Assembly (NCBI GenBank): GCA_049608805.1
Contig: JBMYXX010000003.1
Span: 1-40,105 of the forward strand
Reading direction: 5' to 3'
Origin: Flavobacteriales bacterium
GTDB taxonomy: Bacteria; Bacteroidota; Bacteroidia; UBA10329
Length of the DNA: 40,105 nt
In this document: piece after piece, positions 40,004 to 40,105 of the stretch
Layout of the letters: every line of letters starts with the position of its first letter
How positions within the stretch are numbered: position 1 is the first letter of the stretch
The notes under the pieces: model-generated
What the model saw: the letters and a program-made list of their open reading frames with translations, nothing else
Told to the model about the DNA's origin: nothing
Database searches by the model: none
Translations under genes and position numbers: made by a program

Positions 40004-40105
40004 TTATATGGTACTGGTAAGAAGATCTGAACCTAAGCTTAGTTTGGCAACAATCTTATGCGCAACATCTAATGCATTGTACCCGTCTTGCAGCGTAACT
40101 GCTGG
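40004..40105 (-). CDS. C-terminal end of a probable Gfo/Idh/MocA oxidoreductase (partial)
   Basis: Minus strand reads PAVTLQDGYNALDVAHKIVAKL...*, which resembles the P.VT..DG..AL.VA..I C-terminal helix of this family. Confidence 0.55.
   Translation of the reverse strand, partial: PAVTLQDGYNALDVAHKIVAKLSLGSDLLTSTI

Overview
A gene-dense, roughly 40% GC chromosomal segment from a Bacteroidota genome, most likely a Flavobacteriales-type organism. The assignment rests on T9SS type A and B C-terminal signals, a PorP/SprF gene and TAnnTTTG promoters. Housekeeping genes (rlmD, prmC, ligA, prfC, fused 2-oxoacid dehydrogenase E1, enoyl-CoA hydratase, 3-hydroxybutyryl-CoA dehydrogenase, SCO) are interleaved with secreted and envelope modules. 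I saw no rRNA, tRNA, CRISPR array, transposase or prophage. The main candidates for new biology are: (1) a three-gene T9SS operon (9377-14524) in which two non-catalytic proteins and an intact GH13 amylase share one CBM98-like domain, with no SusC/SusD in the locus; (2) a PorP/SprF barrel fused to a long coiled coil and a SPOR-like domain, in an operon with type A and type B CTD adhesins; (3) an orphan, strongly acidic N6-MTase-like protein that lacks the usual C-terminal target-recognition region; (4) a membrane-bound LytTR regulator followed by four direct repeats at a 20-bp period; (5) a stand-alone EF-Tu domain III-like protein; (6) a GT-C glycosyltransferase fused to MORN repeats. All family calls come from motif recognition by eye; no database searches were run.
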